From Albugo candida (Eukaryota): a stretch of DNA of 64,000 nt. The position numbers were made by a program, and so were the translations under genes. The stretch lies in contig JBDOQK010000007.1 in assembly GCA_040437565.1 (NCBI GenBank), positions 620,001 to 684,000 on the forward strand, in the 5' to 3' direction. Below, piece after piece: positions 13,401-25,305 of this stretch. The number at the start of each line of letters is the position of its first letter. The stretch's first letter is position 1. The notes under the pieces were generated by a model, which saw only the letters and a list, made by a program, of their open reading frames with translations, did no database searches and had not been told where the DNA came from.

Positions 13401-15227
13401 TGAGCCCTCTGTCTTTATACGAATGCAAAATGAGTAACAATCAGAGAAGTGACGCTCATACATACTTGTGAATACTCCAGTATTGAAGAATCATTGTCAT
13501 ATAAAGCACACAATTGTAGCGTAACAATTGATTTTTTGATCTTGTTCCATCCAGAAATCTACTCGATCATGCATGACAAAACCTATGAGCGTGTGATTAT
13601 ACCGAAACTTACTTTGTGAGAATCTTTGTGAAGCCGTCGTGGGAGCTTTTGATGATACTTCGAATCGTTTTGTCTGCGGATGTTGAGACGACTTGGATAG
13701 TCACACAAGTCGCTTTAAGGAGACTGAGAACAAAGCATTCGGCATGTGAATTGAATTCTTCTCGTAACACTTGAACAAGCGCTTCAATCGTACTACAAGC
13801 TTCTCTCGATACTGAAGACCTTAAATCTCCAATCTGCTCACATAATCGATTGCGAAAAGCTCGTAATCGTTGTGATAATACCATAATCAGTTGGTCTTGA
13901 CCTTTGATCTTTGTCACGATCATTTGCAACGCCTTCAAAGCTCCCACACGTCTCTCCCAATCATTGGGCGACGCGAGATCAGTCTGGACTTTCAATAATT
14001 CTCTTTCCATTTCGCGTTCAGTGAATAGTCCGGTATTATGTGTCGCGTCATTTTTTGAGCTGATCGCATTCTTTGATATATTTCGTGACGGAGCCAATGG
14101 ATTGATTTCTTTTGGTTGACTAGTAACTTTGGCCTTTGTGGAGGACAGCAGTGCTTGAAATCTGGCAAAATTGTCATCTGTACCATGTATACTACCATTT
14201 GGTATCACACGATTTTCGACTGAACGATTCTTGCAGCGTCCAGTGATATCCTTTATATGAGCACTGCGTACGCCCTTTTCCTGAAGCAATGCCTAGAGAG
14301 AATACCTAAGTCCGTATCATATTCGAGCCAGCATGTACATACCCAGAGAGAAGGTCCAGAATGAGTGTACAGCTCTTCTAAAATTTGCATGGCGGTTTCT
14401 CGTACGTCCTTGGAGGAGTCCTCTAAGCCGCTTATGATCTAAGAAGATATGCGCCATTCACTGTGCACAGAGACCAGTAGAAGCTCGTATATTCACCTTG
14501 TCGAGGAACTGATGCTTGCATGTATCCACAAAGTTCGAATTCTTGATCAGATTCCATTTGCAACACAAACTCTGTAAACCATCACTTTAGCACTTCCATA
14601 AAAGTGCGATAAAGTCCCACACCTGCTGACGGGTTCTCCAATTCTTATGCGTAAAACAAGGCTGCAACATGAGAGAAACAGTCAGTCTCATTCTTCCGAT
14701 AATGTCTCCTCAGAACCTCTAATTGCTCGAAAGTATTTTCGACTCCAAATATCTGCGAGACTTCCAGCATCACCTGAACGGCGCTTTCGCGAACTTGAAT
14801 CTGATAATGCGACATCAAATACGTTCCTCGCAACAATCTACAAATATCAATCGTGGCTAACCTTGTTATCACCAAGTCGTTCAATCATATTAGACCACAG
14901 AGCCTTTTGGTTTGCTCGTAAAATCGACGAAATTGGTGCAAACGATTTGTAAAAAGGTGAGCGAGTCACATGTTGAATGATAGAAAGGGCGATAGAAGTT
15001 ATCTTCGAGTTATGATCTCGAAGACATGAAACAACTTGCTCCAAGCAGCAGGTGATGCATTCTTTTCCACGAGTGTTGTCTTGTCGGACGGTGTCCAAAA
15101 CTTGAGCGATGCCGTGTAATCGCTTTTTGATCTCTGATTACATCAAAGAGTGTAAGCGATGCATAAATGTAGTTGCATACTATCCATATCCACCTTTTGC
15201 TTTTAATAAATCAAGTGGCATCTCCAT
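10492..15227 (-). CDS. CLASP: CLIP-associating protein (CLASP), TOG/HEAT-repeat microtubule regulator, many exons
   Basis: TOG-type segments: CLRDHNSKITSIAL, IERLGDNK, DWERRVGALKAL, QIGDLRSSVSREAC, WSHRLDALQRL, LADPHYRVAQYAL, and C-terminal SEVRKNAVNCIV...KFRLVAIYIER. Start predicted at ATG 15227 through a short first exon; multiple GT-AG introns. Confidence 0.88.
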
Positions 15228-15300
15228 TCAATCGATTTGATGGAAGCGCTGACGCTTAAGAATTTTTGCAAATTCGCTGCTAAAGGTTTTAGCTAATAGA

Positions 15301-16789
15301 ATGTCAGCTTATATATCGGTTAGTACGAAAATGACCGGACGACAAGTGCGATCGAATGTCGCCAAGCAATTGAGCTTAATTGATCGCCTATGGCGATATT
15401 TACACAAGCAAGTTTGTAAGACCGTTGCGGTATAAGTATATTACGTGAATTCACACTCTGTTGGCGATAGGTAAATGGATTTTTGGTCAAAGTGAGCTGC
15501 AGCGCCTTGCTCGGAAATGTGAGTCGTTGGATTTAAACGTTCAAATGGCTCGATTTCGATCGTGTTTGGCTCTATCAAAACATTTGATGGCACAATGCGA
15601 CCGCGTTTTTGATCCTCGAACGTTTGAAGTAGGCGAATAACTTTACTGAAAGCGATTGCTTCGCGATTGTGCTTGTGATCAAGGCAGCTTCTCGATATTT
15701 GCGTAGGTGGAACAAGTCTGTGAAGAAATTGCTGTAGCGGACGGAATAGACACAAATGATATCAGGTGATGCTATCTCACTGGTCGCTAAGCAAAGTTCT
15801 CCGTTGCTGATTCCATACTTCACAATAGACTGATGCAAACTCTACGCGGATGGTTACATCGTTGCAATTATGTCAATGCTGTTTACCAGAAGCTTTTTTC
15901 TTTGAGAGATGAGTCTTACACATCACAAAATGAAATGCATGAGGTCAAATGGTCCTTATTGTATATACTTGTGTGCGAAGAAACTTATACAATACTTAGC
16001 GCATGCTGGAAGAACTCTGGACCAACCTCAAGCCACAAACACGCAGAGCGCACGGTCGGATCACTAAAGAGTGGGGTGAAATAGGTTTTCAAGGTTGGCC
16101 TTAAACTTTTGCTATTTTATTACCACTTGCTTGATAACGCTCATGTAGGCGTCGATCCAATGACTGACTTCCGGTAAGATGAGAAACTAATGATTGCGTA
16201 TTGCATATAACTTTTCGTGTGCAGAGGAATGGGCATATTGTCGTTAATTCAGCTACTGTATTTTACTTCAAAGTACCCAGTGGAAGCTTCAGCGTATGTC
16301 AATCCAGAGAATAGCTGACTGTCAACTGACCATTACTTACTGATAGGCTACTGACCGAATCAAACCATCCAACCCATTGGTATCCTTTTTCTGTAACGGG
16401 GATCAACGTCACAGCGTACGCCGACATGCTTTATCTCTATTTATCAGCCTTCTCTACAAATTTCATGCCACAGATTTGTCATTGAGTTGGTGCAAGAACG
16501 ATTGGTTGATATGAAAATATATCAGTACGCAGAAACATCCGACCCTAGTAAGCATGGCATAGACAACGGTCTTGACGCCATGCATGAGTTTTACTGTAAG
16601 AACAACATCACGAATTCTGTTGATGATAACAGCGTCTAAATCCTGAATGTAGGCGACGTATTCACTTCATTCAACAAGCTATGGAAAGAGTCTAATCCGG
16701 AGGATGCAATGGCATTTCCATCAGTCTTCCAAACGTTGAAAGCAAACACACGCAAAAGCCTTCAAATGCGGGCATTTTTATTTTATTGA
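15301..16789 (+). CDS. ELMOD: ELMO-domain protein (ELMOD family Arf/Arl GAP), about 9 short exons
   Basis: Spliced reading gives KWIFGQSELQRL, RMLEELWTNLKP...RITKEWGEIGFQG|VDPMTDFR|GMGILSLIQLLYF, WYPFSVTGINVT, MHEFY|CDVFTSFNKLW...AMAFPSV; stop TGA 16787..16789. Start is ATG 15301 or in-frame ATG 15331. Confidence 0.9.
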
Positions 16790-16850
16790 CAGTTGATTTT
16801 GTTTTCGCATAATAAATCAACTTTAAGCCAATCATAATAACTTTCATATC

Positions 16851-17398
16851 ATGGGTGGTCCAACGAGTCGAAAACCGCGATCGCGTGCCAAAGTAAAAGG
16901 CTACAAAAAAAGCCACAGCACCAAACGAAGAAGTCGAGATGTGGATCAGATTCAGGTATGAAACGTCTTTATCACAATGGCGTAATCTAGTATAATGATT
17001 GCGTTCCAGGATGATCTTAAATTGGAATCACAACAGAACAAGCCATTAAAGTTCGAAATCGATGAAGACCTACCTGGGTAAGCTCTCTTATCCATTAGGA
17101 AGCCCCTTCACTGATGTCAATATGGTCTCAAGATTGGGTCAGTATTATTGTACACCTTGCGCGCGTCATTTTATTGATGCAACCACTAGAGATTTGCACG
17201 TGAGGACCAAAGTACACAAACGAAGGTGTGTGAGTAGCAATGCTGTACTCTGCTGCTCGCAAACTCAACTGTGCAATTAGATTGAAGGATGTTCGCCAAG
17301 AGCAATACACTCAGAGAGAAGCAGATCTCGGAGCAGGCAAAACCAGAGAAGAGTATGTGCCAGCACATCCGACTGAGGCTACCGATACGATTATGTAG
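16851..17398 (+). CDS. ZNF593: Zinc finger protein 593 / Bud20 ribosome biogenesis factor (4 exons)
   Basis: Spliced: [15 protein letters not shown]...[20 protein letters not shown]...[29 protein letters not shown]; stop TAG 17396..17398. Confidence 0.93.
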
Positions 17399-17480
17399 GA
17401 ATTGGTAGCAGCTCGAGCAATTACTTTTACAATAGAAACATACCGTAATCCTTTATGATATAATATACTTTGGCTCTGAG

Positions 17481-17899
17481 ATGGTTTGCGAGAAATGTGA
17501 AGCAAAACTCACTACATTGATTGTTCCCGATAAATGGAAAGATGGAGCGCGAAATGTGACGGGAGGAAAAGATGGAGGAAGAGCCGTAGGAGCAAACAAG
17601 CTTGTAGAGAAGAAACGGATCTCCAACAGGTTCTCTTATTGCACCAGTAGATAAACGTCAGTCTTCATGATCTCTTTCTACAGATTTTCTCCTATGGAAC
17701 GCAAGTGTCGAATATGCAGATGTAAAACTGGTCAGAACGCGCATTATTGTAATCAGTGTGCCTATCAGAAAGGTATTTCTCCGATTGAAACCGTCCATTC
17801 AAGGCAAGGAGTTGACTGCTGTGTAAATACGCAGGTATTTGCTCCATGTGCGGTCGGAAGATGTTAGACACTAGCCAGTACAACATGTCCTCAAAGTAG
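17481..17899 (+). CDS. CRIPT: Cysteine-rich PDZ-binding protein CRIPT (3 exons)
   Basis: Spliced: MVCEKCEAKLTTLIVPDKWKDGARN...GGRAVGANKL...|KCRICRCK...HYCNQCAYQKG|ICSMCGRKMLDTSQYNMSSK. Confidence 0.95.
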
Positions 17900-18031
17900 T
17901 GGCAGCTTCTTTTCGCAGCAGATATCAGAAGAATGATAGATAATGGCACATACATAGTGGTTCACATTCGTGTATTATTTTTAGTTCCTTAACTCGTGTA
18001 ACCTCGTGCATTGAAGAGTGCTGACGTATCG

Positions 18032-18735
18032 ATGACGTCCCAGACCAATTTTGGTCAATTTGGATCAAACAAGAGACTTGATGAGTCCAAGTACCTTCCC
18101 GTCCTTCCAAAGTCTCAAAAAGCTTCGCCAGGACTCCCTAGCACAAAAACAGTCAATCAAGCCTATCAAGGTATGTGCTCTGCAATCACTCGCTTGTAAC
18201 ACTTACCTAATATATACCTCTAATTGTAGATCTAGTCCATCTGGAATCGAAAATGGTATGATCTCTCATATACTCATCTGACTGAAGTGTTTCATTCGAG
18301 GCCGGTGTTTAGAAACAAAGACTTGATAAGAATCTCTCCGAGCGGCAGCACATCCGGGCCAACCTTCAGCAAGTCATCGACACTTTAGCCGACGACACGC
18401 TATTGCAACAACATAAAGAAGAAATACGATATCAGATAGTCAAACGAGAAATAGATCATTTGCAGCAGGATTTGAATGCATTCATCACATCTACACAGAC
18501 AAGACATGAAGAGCAGATTTATTCTAGCGTTTACCGCCACCAATCACGCTTGAAAAATGTTCAGAAAATGGGCATTACGGTTTTTGGACTCGACGAGCAC
18601 GTTGTGCAATCAACGGATAAGCTTCTATTTGTCGAAAATGACCGAGCTCGGCATCGCAAAATCCAAAAGCGAAGGCTCTCCGAGGCGAAATCCTATTATC
18701 TGAGTCCTCGACGTCCGACTAAACAAATTTTATAA
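18032..18735 (+). CDS. Hypothetical small coiled-coil protein (3 predicted exons)
   Basis: ATG 18032, GT-AG introns near 18171..18229 and 18256..18312 join in frame to ORF 18403..18735. No family recognised. Confidence 0.55.
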
Positions 18736-18837
18736 CGATAGTCATATTCGGTACACGTGTTGAATGGCATGCTTCTCCAGTAAATATCTACGTATCCATT
18801 TTGACACAGAATCTTTATTGGATTTTTACAGGTACAT

Positions 18838-19851
18838 TCATGATAGAATTGCTACACACACAGAGACATCGTCTTTCTTTCCAAGTTTTTTCTGAGCAAA
18901 ATTGAGCAGATTCGTTGCACTATAGAATGCAAGTTTTCTAACGCGCTGCTCCTTGCAAAGAATCTCTCTACTTTTGGTACTTCCCAACAAATTCTGACAC
19001 TTGTCGAAGAATGCTTCATATTGCTTGCGATGTGTCCCGCTACTTTCCAATTCAGCAAGTGCTTCCTTGCAGAATGATGCTGCTGAAACTGCAAACGGGA
19101 TCAGTGAGGTTGAGTGTGTGAATGTATCCACCACACACGCCACTATTCGCTTTGCTATCGATTCTGCGTTCGATTGAGTTTGACTCGCGCACTCTAGAAT
19201 CTGGTCGAGATATAAATTGTCATGAACACCATCGGAAAACATGAGGCACACATCACCACACTCATAAAGGCACGATTGTACTTTGACGTCGGCTGAATAG
19301 TTGATACCCGAGTTATTGGAAACCACAGCTGGTACATTGAAATCGTAAATAATGGAATCACTTTCAAAGATGAGCGCTTTCTTTCTTAATAAGATACATT
19401 TACAATCGCCAATTGTGAATACAAACATGCGTTTGGATACTTGATCGAAGTAAGCTGCAGATAACGTAGAGTCGAGTCGACCTTTGTGTTGAGTCACTCC
19501 AACTACTTTCTTGATGACATTTTGCATGCATTTCTCCAAGTCAGAGGTTTTGATGTCTGTATCGAGTGATTGTGCTTGCAACGCGCTTAATTGTTTGAGC
19601 GATTCTGATACAAGTCGTTTCGCTAAAGCACCAGATGATTTAACGGTGCCCGACACTCCATCCGCAACGACCATGAAATTGGCCCCGTATCCGATCGCAT
19701 CATCTCCGTGGTACTCATATGTAGCAGTTGAAACTGACTGAAAACACGTATTTTCTTTGCTTAGTGTTCCATCCAAATTCTTTCCGTTTGGTGAATCGTA
19801 CAACGACTTACATTTCCTTATACGATGTACGATATACTGCACGGTATTCAT
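18838..19851 (-). CDS. PP2C/PPM family phosphatase, PTC7-like
   Basis: Metal-binding motifs intact: HGDDA, VVADGVSG, STL, IGDC, FSDGVHDNL, KKDDVSV. First in-frame ATG at 19851; true 5' end uncertain. Confidence 0.88.
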   Translation of the reverse strand: MNTVQYIVHRIRKCKSLYDSPNGKNLDGTLSKENTCFQSVSTATYEYHGDDAIGYGANFMVVADGVSGTVKSSGALAKRLVSESLKQLSALQAQSLDTDIKTSDLEKCMQNVIKKVVGVTQHKGRLDSTLSAAYFDQVSKRMFVFTIGDCKCILLRKKALIFESDSIIYDFNVPAVVSNNSGINYSADVKVQSCLYECGDVCLMFSDGVHDNLYLDQILECASQTQSNAESIAKRIVACVVDTFTHSTSLIPFAVSAASFCKEALAELESSGTHRKQYEAFFDKCQNLLGSTKSREILCKEQRVRKLAFYSATNLLNFAQKKLGKKDDVSVCVAILS

Positions 19852-19855
19852 CGAA

Positions 19856-20339
19856 CTAAACAACACGTTGAGCTAAAAAGGCGCAACCCCCTTTGTGACA
19901 CATCGAGTGGCATTAAGTACGAAGCGTCAATTGGCTACTCGAGATATCCCAAGATTTGTCGCGATTGATTGGTGTTAGAGACGCAATAGTCTTATTGCAG
20001 GCGCCAGAAGCGATTGAGTTTTGAGAAGCATCATACCTTGCGATATTTTTAACAAAACAGAAGCAGTTGGGAATGAATGTAACGAATGAAGTGTTTAGAC
20101 CTTCCAATATCGCGGAGGAGAAAGTAAGCACGAAGCAATTCATCATCATTTTGTGGTGTCTGGGGATACAGATCGTTTGTTTTGATCATTTGAGATTTAC
20201 ATGGTTGTGTATCAGGCTTCGATTCTGTCACTGAAAACGAAGTTGCTGCGAAGCAATGGACAGAAGAAGAGCTTGTGGCATGTAACATATTCATGCCTCC
20301 AAGTGCCATCAGACCGTACAAGAAGTAAAAATGCATCAT
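19856..20339 (-). CDS. Candidate small protein with signal-peptide-like N-terminus, or 5' exons of the PP2C gene
   Basis: MMHFYFLYGLMALGGMNMLHATSS start at 20339; GT-AG introns 20037..20100 and 19873..19920 give a 123-aa frame ending at TAG 19858..19856. Confidence 0.4.
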
Positions 20340-20859
20340 CAAATGCGTTTTCAAAAATCGCAAACGTGATTATGAGACTTGACTTCAAACAGGTCGAAGC
20401 CTTAGATCCTGAACTTTCGCACGAATCTCTGAGAGAAATAGCCTCACAAATCATATTATATACTGATGGCAATCTCTCAAGTGTGGCAATACTAGCTTTT
20501 GCAATACTATTTACAGTCGGCTTTCATTGAAAGTTTAATTTCGCGTCACTCTGAGAAATCACACATATCGCGAGAAGGAAGATTTCCACGTCCATGTGAA
20601 GAAACTTTGAGAGCCACCAAATCGTACGAAATCTCACATTTCGATTTCTTATCAATGCCTGCAGGTGCTTGAAGGTATCGTCATGTGCTCGCGTTAAAAG
20701 ATGGAATGAGCGGGTTTTGTGAGTTTATGTCAAATAATGAAGTAGCTTGTGCTGTTGATTTAAGTTGTGTTAATAATAAAAAGCGGTTTATTCAAATTAC
20801 TCTCCACTACGTCTGATTTCCATTCCTGCTTCATGTATATCCGCTAACACAGAAGTCAT

Positions 20860-23500
20860 AATTCACAGGCCCCTACAATGGAATGAAGTCAATGAGGAAC
20901 CGCACCAAAAATCAAGGTGCGCTGGATGACAAGCTCGAGCAGTATAATCAAATGCATCATCCTTGCATCCAATCTCTTCCTACGCTTGATTGCAGCAAGA
21001 ATATTATCCATAGTCTCTCGGTCAAGAAGCTTTAGGCCTGAGTGTACTATAAAGTCAGATCAATCGTGATCCTTGAAAACAGCACCATTTATTAATGGGA
21101 TCTCTAGTATCTAGCAAAGCGACAACGAAAAAGAGATACTTTATAGGTTTAAATGGTACTCTCTTCCAGGAAGGAGGAAGCATGTTGGTTGTACAACGAT
21201 GCTTTCATGAATCTCGGATTAGTTGGTCGGCTGTTTCACATTTGCAAATATTGAGTCGAGCATTTTTGTTTGGGAATGATCCGACTAAAAGGGAAAATAA
21301 ATTGAGCGAGTAATGTAGATTCATAGACGTGATAATTTGGAGCCATCATTTGCGACAGCAGTAGCGTCCACTATCGAACCGTCAGCTCATTCTCGCGAGG
21401 TAGACAAGAAATAGAATAGATGAGCATCAACATAGAATTGTGACAATAGCTATAAATAGCCAGCGGCACTGATCTTGAAAGTACACTGACGCAATTCGTA
21501 GAACACGAATTGGCGCAGTTTCGCGCACTTCACCACAACTTCATCTCAAAGACTATTTTACAAGGTATGTAAACTATCACGCAAATGAACTCGACTGAGC
21601 CATCGAGATGGAACGGCCATCTTGGATCGATTGAAAAATGCTGGCACCTCTACACTATATATCCTTCTGCAGCATCATGTCTTAGATTCATTGTAATTTT
21701 CAAAGCGAAGGATTGCTGATTTTATCAATTAGTAAATCAGATCGAGGCACATCATTACGAGATCAATACACATGCCATGCAACTCAGAGCACACCAAGTA
21801 ACCAGTGAGGAATCAGGCATTAGAGCACCATAGCGTCCTACGAAACTTTCCAGGTGACAGAACTTTATACATATCCAAGTATTTACAACCCACAAAAAGT
21901 ACGCACATCACAAATCCAAAGGTGCGACTAACGCCAAATCACCGGTCGGCACTTGTGTAAAACTCACTGACCGCGACATGAACGTTCGTTTCTCCCTGTT
22001 GCAATCGCAACGGATTTGGTCCACCGAATCGATTCATATATAGACAAGCTGCTTCACAGCTGGCGATAGCATGGTGAGGTTATTTTATATCACATGACCT
22101 TCGTAGATTGCAAGTGTTCCGCTGTACCTCCGCATCTTCTTGCATTGAAAAAAGGCTTCGAGTTAGCCCGCTGTGATGATACTGCAACTTCCGAAAAATG
22201 TTGATCGATGATATAATACACTAAGTGCGATTATACAAATGTATTGAATTTATCTATGGCGAAGAACTGCATCCCATAAATGGCCGGCAGTGTATTCAAA
22301 TAAAAGAGACATATCTTGAATGGCAACAACTGGATCTTATCAGGTTTGCAATCACCTCGTACCTGGCCATTTCCGAAATCATAGTCTCTTTCATTTCTTC
22401 TCCTTGCAGTCACGATCGAAAGATTGGTCTCCTCGACTGTGCTCTAGTGGATTTCTCCTTGATACAGAGTAACGCCGGTCATGTTTTTATCAATACAGTG
22501 AATAGAAACATATAGCGGTAATAGGTGAGCGTTGAGAGATGCAATAGTCATTGCATGACCTGGTTAGTCGTGGTCGTGCCAGTGAGCGGCGATATAGGGC
22601 ATTCTGGACGTTATTCCTGCACATATGAGAATAAAAGAAAGCCCACGAATCCGATGACGCCGAGGGGAGCAACGACGATTGGAATGGGATAGAAAGTAGA
22701 AAGTTCCAGGATGTTTGTGAATCTTCAATCAAACTCGAATTTACAGATTTTGGGGCAGTGCATCTGAAACTTCAACAAAAGCAAAGGATCGATTTCTGAC
22801 ATCATGAAATACATCAGGCAGGATAGGTATGTCTTCAATAAGCAGATAATGGTGGGAACTTTAATCAATAAGCTTCCATCACTCGTCGGGTATTTCATAT
22901 TTGGTGGAGATGATACAAATTCCGACATTCTCAGACGTATTTAGAACACGCATGGCGACATCACCTAGGTGCCAGGATTGATGCTTTCAAAAAAACTCGG
23001 CTGTTTTTCGAACAGGTCCTCGTGACTGGACCAGCAAAAAAGGATCACTCCAACTGTGATATTTTTACAGGAATAGTACTGCAACCTGTAGGTTGATAGC
23101 ATAAGTTTCTCTTTGTTTTCTCTTTGTTGTATCAAGAAATAATCTCTGATCTATGTGAAACCACGAATTAAAGAATTGACGATCTCGGTATCCCTGTGCA
23201 TGCACTTGATCATTATTCCTGGCCAAGTAGAATATCATGGATGAGAGTCCCAATGAATCGTGCTCAATTTCTCTCTCGTAATTCCTTCTTCAAAATGTGG
23301 AACAATTCGCTCGTGTCGATGTGTGGCTTAATGCACCATCGCTCTATTTGTAAAATGGTGGTTTTCAGTAATGTACAGTCCGATGACAGATTCTATAATG
23401 ATAGATACCGATCTTCCTGTATAAACTGGATAATTAAACGGAGAGTCTAGACTGCCGAGGGCTGTAGAACGACATTCTAGACTACACACGCAAGACTGGA
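20860..23500 (+). CDS. Probable intron-rich uncharacterised gene or decaying gene; exon structure unresolved
   Basis: Short AG..GT-bounded open segments on + strand, e.g. GTDLESTLTQFVEHELAQFRALHHNFISKTILQ (about 21464..21564), LLIYQLVNQIEAHHYEINTHAMQLRAHQ, VTELYTYPSIYNPQK. I could not build one continuous model; boundaries are approximate. Confidence 0.3.
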
Positions 23501-24402
23501 CCGTAGAATTGAGATTTGTCGACATTGAGTGAGCTGATAATATATATGCTTAGTACTTGTATTCTATTATGTACATGACGTCAGCTTTCTCAAAATTGAA
23601 AATTCTGGTCTGAGTCCAACCATAATGGAGCAAAGCTCATAATCTTGCCGATCACTTGAATATGATCAATGCATGAATGCTGGATTAAACTTGCCGACCA
23701 TGTTCGAGAACCACTGAAGATGCTTTCATTGGACAGCAAGGATGATGATGTCATCGGTGTCATACAATGCGCTTCGAACCAAGCCGTGCACAAAGGATAG
23801 AGGATGACTATACATCGCCATACTTGAAAGCGGTTTCCACAAATGTTGATGGATCTTGCCATGTGATCCGTAACTCCAGTCAAATGGATTCTCAAAAAGT
23901 ATCATGCAGCGACTACACAAAAAGAAGTAAACCGCCGGAAATTCAAACCGAGCAGTAGAAATCATTAGTTAGGTGGCTGCTCTCTGATTGTACTATATGA
24001 AGAACTCAATCGCGACCAGTGCTAAATTAGGTCACACAGAGCATTCCATACTTTTTGACTGCTTCTCCAAGCTTTATGCGAACCATCGATAAATGAATGC
24101 GGTTTCGAAATCATATTCGAGTCGAATTATTCTCTTGCTATATTGTAAAGATAATGCGTTTGTGTTTTGTAATGAATGACATGAGTCAGTTTATAGCGCC
24201 ATCAAATGGTGTCCGCCGACAAAGTTAATGTCAATTAATGATGTGATGTACAGGAATGGTTTTATCATATTCCCATCTAGATGCATTGCGCTGCCTATCG
24301 GCACAGACCAACACATTCCTTGCCCAAATTTGCAGGTACTTGATTTTGTTCGCCCCATCCGCAATATCGGTATTTATAGTCTGTTGCGTCATCATTAAAG
24401 TG

Positions 24403-25305
24403 ATGATGAGCGCATTGTCAGAAGAAGGGAAAAATTGTGTCACGGTGACTCGATTACACTGGAAGAATCACTCCAAAGATCAAGAAATTGATGCCGAAGA
24501 GATCTCAGGATCAGTACAGCTGTTTTGCCATTCCGCAGCCAAGTATTCGAGTGGTATCATTCTCGTCATACAAGTACCTTTGCTACATTTTACAATTCAA
24601 GATGGTATGCATGAACCATTCGAAAATACAGTCCGGTCTGTGCTAGAAAAAATACAGAAAGTGATCGCCGATTTGTCGACAGTGATAACAATCAAGCTGA
24701 TTCAGTTGACTTACTGGGGCGAATTTGTCCCTGCATTGAATGCTGCGCTTACTGCCACCTGCGCTTCTTTCCCAGATTCCAAAGTGATCTTATTCCAGTC
24801 TTTAGAAGTTCGTTGTGACAGCCGAGCAGTTGCGTGTTTATTCGATCACTTCGAACTGGAGGAGGATTTGGTGATCGGATGTGTTCTTCCTGGACACAAA
24901 TATACAAAATTGGATATCGGGGTTTTTGTACCACTTGACGGCTGCACGTCTCCCTGGAACACATTCGCCATGTGGAATCTACGGCTTTTGTCTAAGATTG
25001 GGTTTCCGCTGATTTGTGAAGGGATTGGGACAGATACATCCACGGCTGGCGTAGAAGAAGTTGCAACGATCACCCTTTTCCAAACGCTTTTTCCTCTGCA
25101 AAGTAAAGCAAAACTTCTTGAGCTTCCGGAGGCTGCATTCAAGTGGAACACTGAACAGTGGGCGGATGAGAAGCGTCAAAAATGGCATGATGAGAAAATG
25201 AGACGTAAAATATGGCGCGCGGAGAGACAGCTCGAACGCTTTGGGCTCGTTACCAAGGGGAAGGTCCTTCATTTACCTCCGTGCGTTGAATACCGTAAAA
25301 AGTAG
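24403..25305 (+). CDS. Uncharacterised globular protein, possibly glycosyltransferase-like fold
   Basis: Intronless ORF (24256..25305; likely start ATG 24403) with motif-like blocks YWGEFVPALNAAL, ILFQSLEV, SPWNTFAMW, GFPLICEG, AGVEEVAT, WHDEKMRRK. Fold call is a guess. Confidence 0.75.
   Translation: MMSALSEEGKNCVTVTRLHWKNHSKDQEIDAEEISGSVQLFCHSAAKYSSGIILVIQVPLLHFTIQDGMHEPFENTVRSVLEKIQKVIADLSTVITIKLIQLTYWGEFVPALNAALTATCASFPDSKVILFQSLEVRCDSRAVACLFDHFELEEDLVIGCVLPGHKYTKLDIGVFVPLDGCTSPWNTFAMWNLRLLSKIGFPLICEGIGTDTSTAGVEEVATITLFQTLFPLQSKAKLLELPEAAFKWNTEQWADEKRQKWHDEKMRRKIWRAERQLERFGLVTKGKVLHLPPCVEYRKK

Noticed and set aside
16380..16387. GTATCCTT as a U12-type intron donor
   Set aside because: It lies inside the coding WYPF motif of the ELMOD exon, which reads through correctly.
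21659..21666. ATATCCTT as an AT-AC minor intron donor
   Set aside because: No TCCTTAAC-like branch point with a suitable AC acceptor downstream, and the gene model is unresolved.
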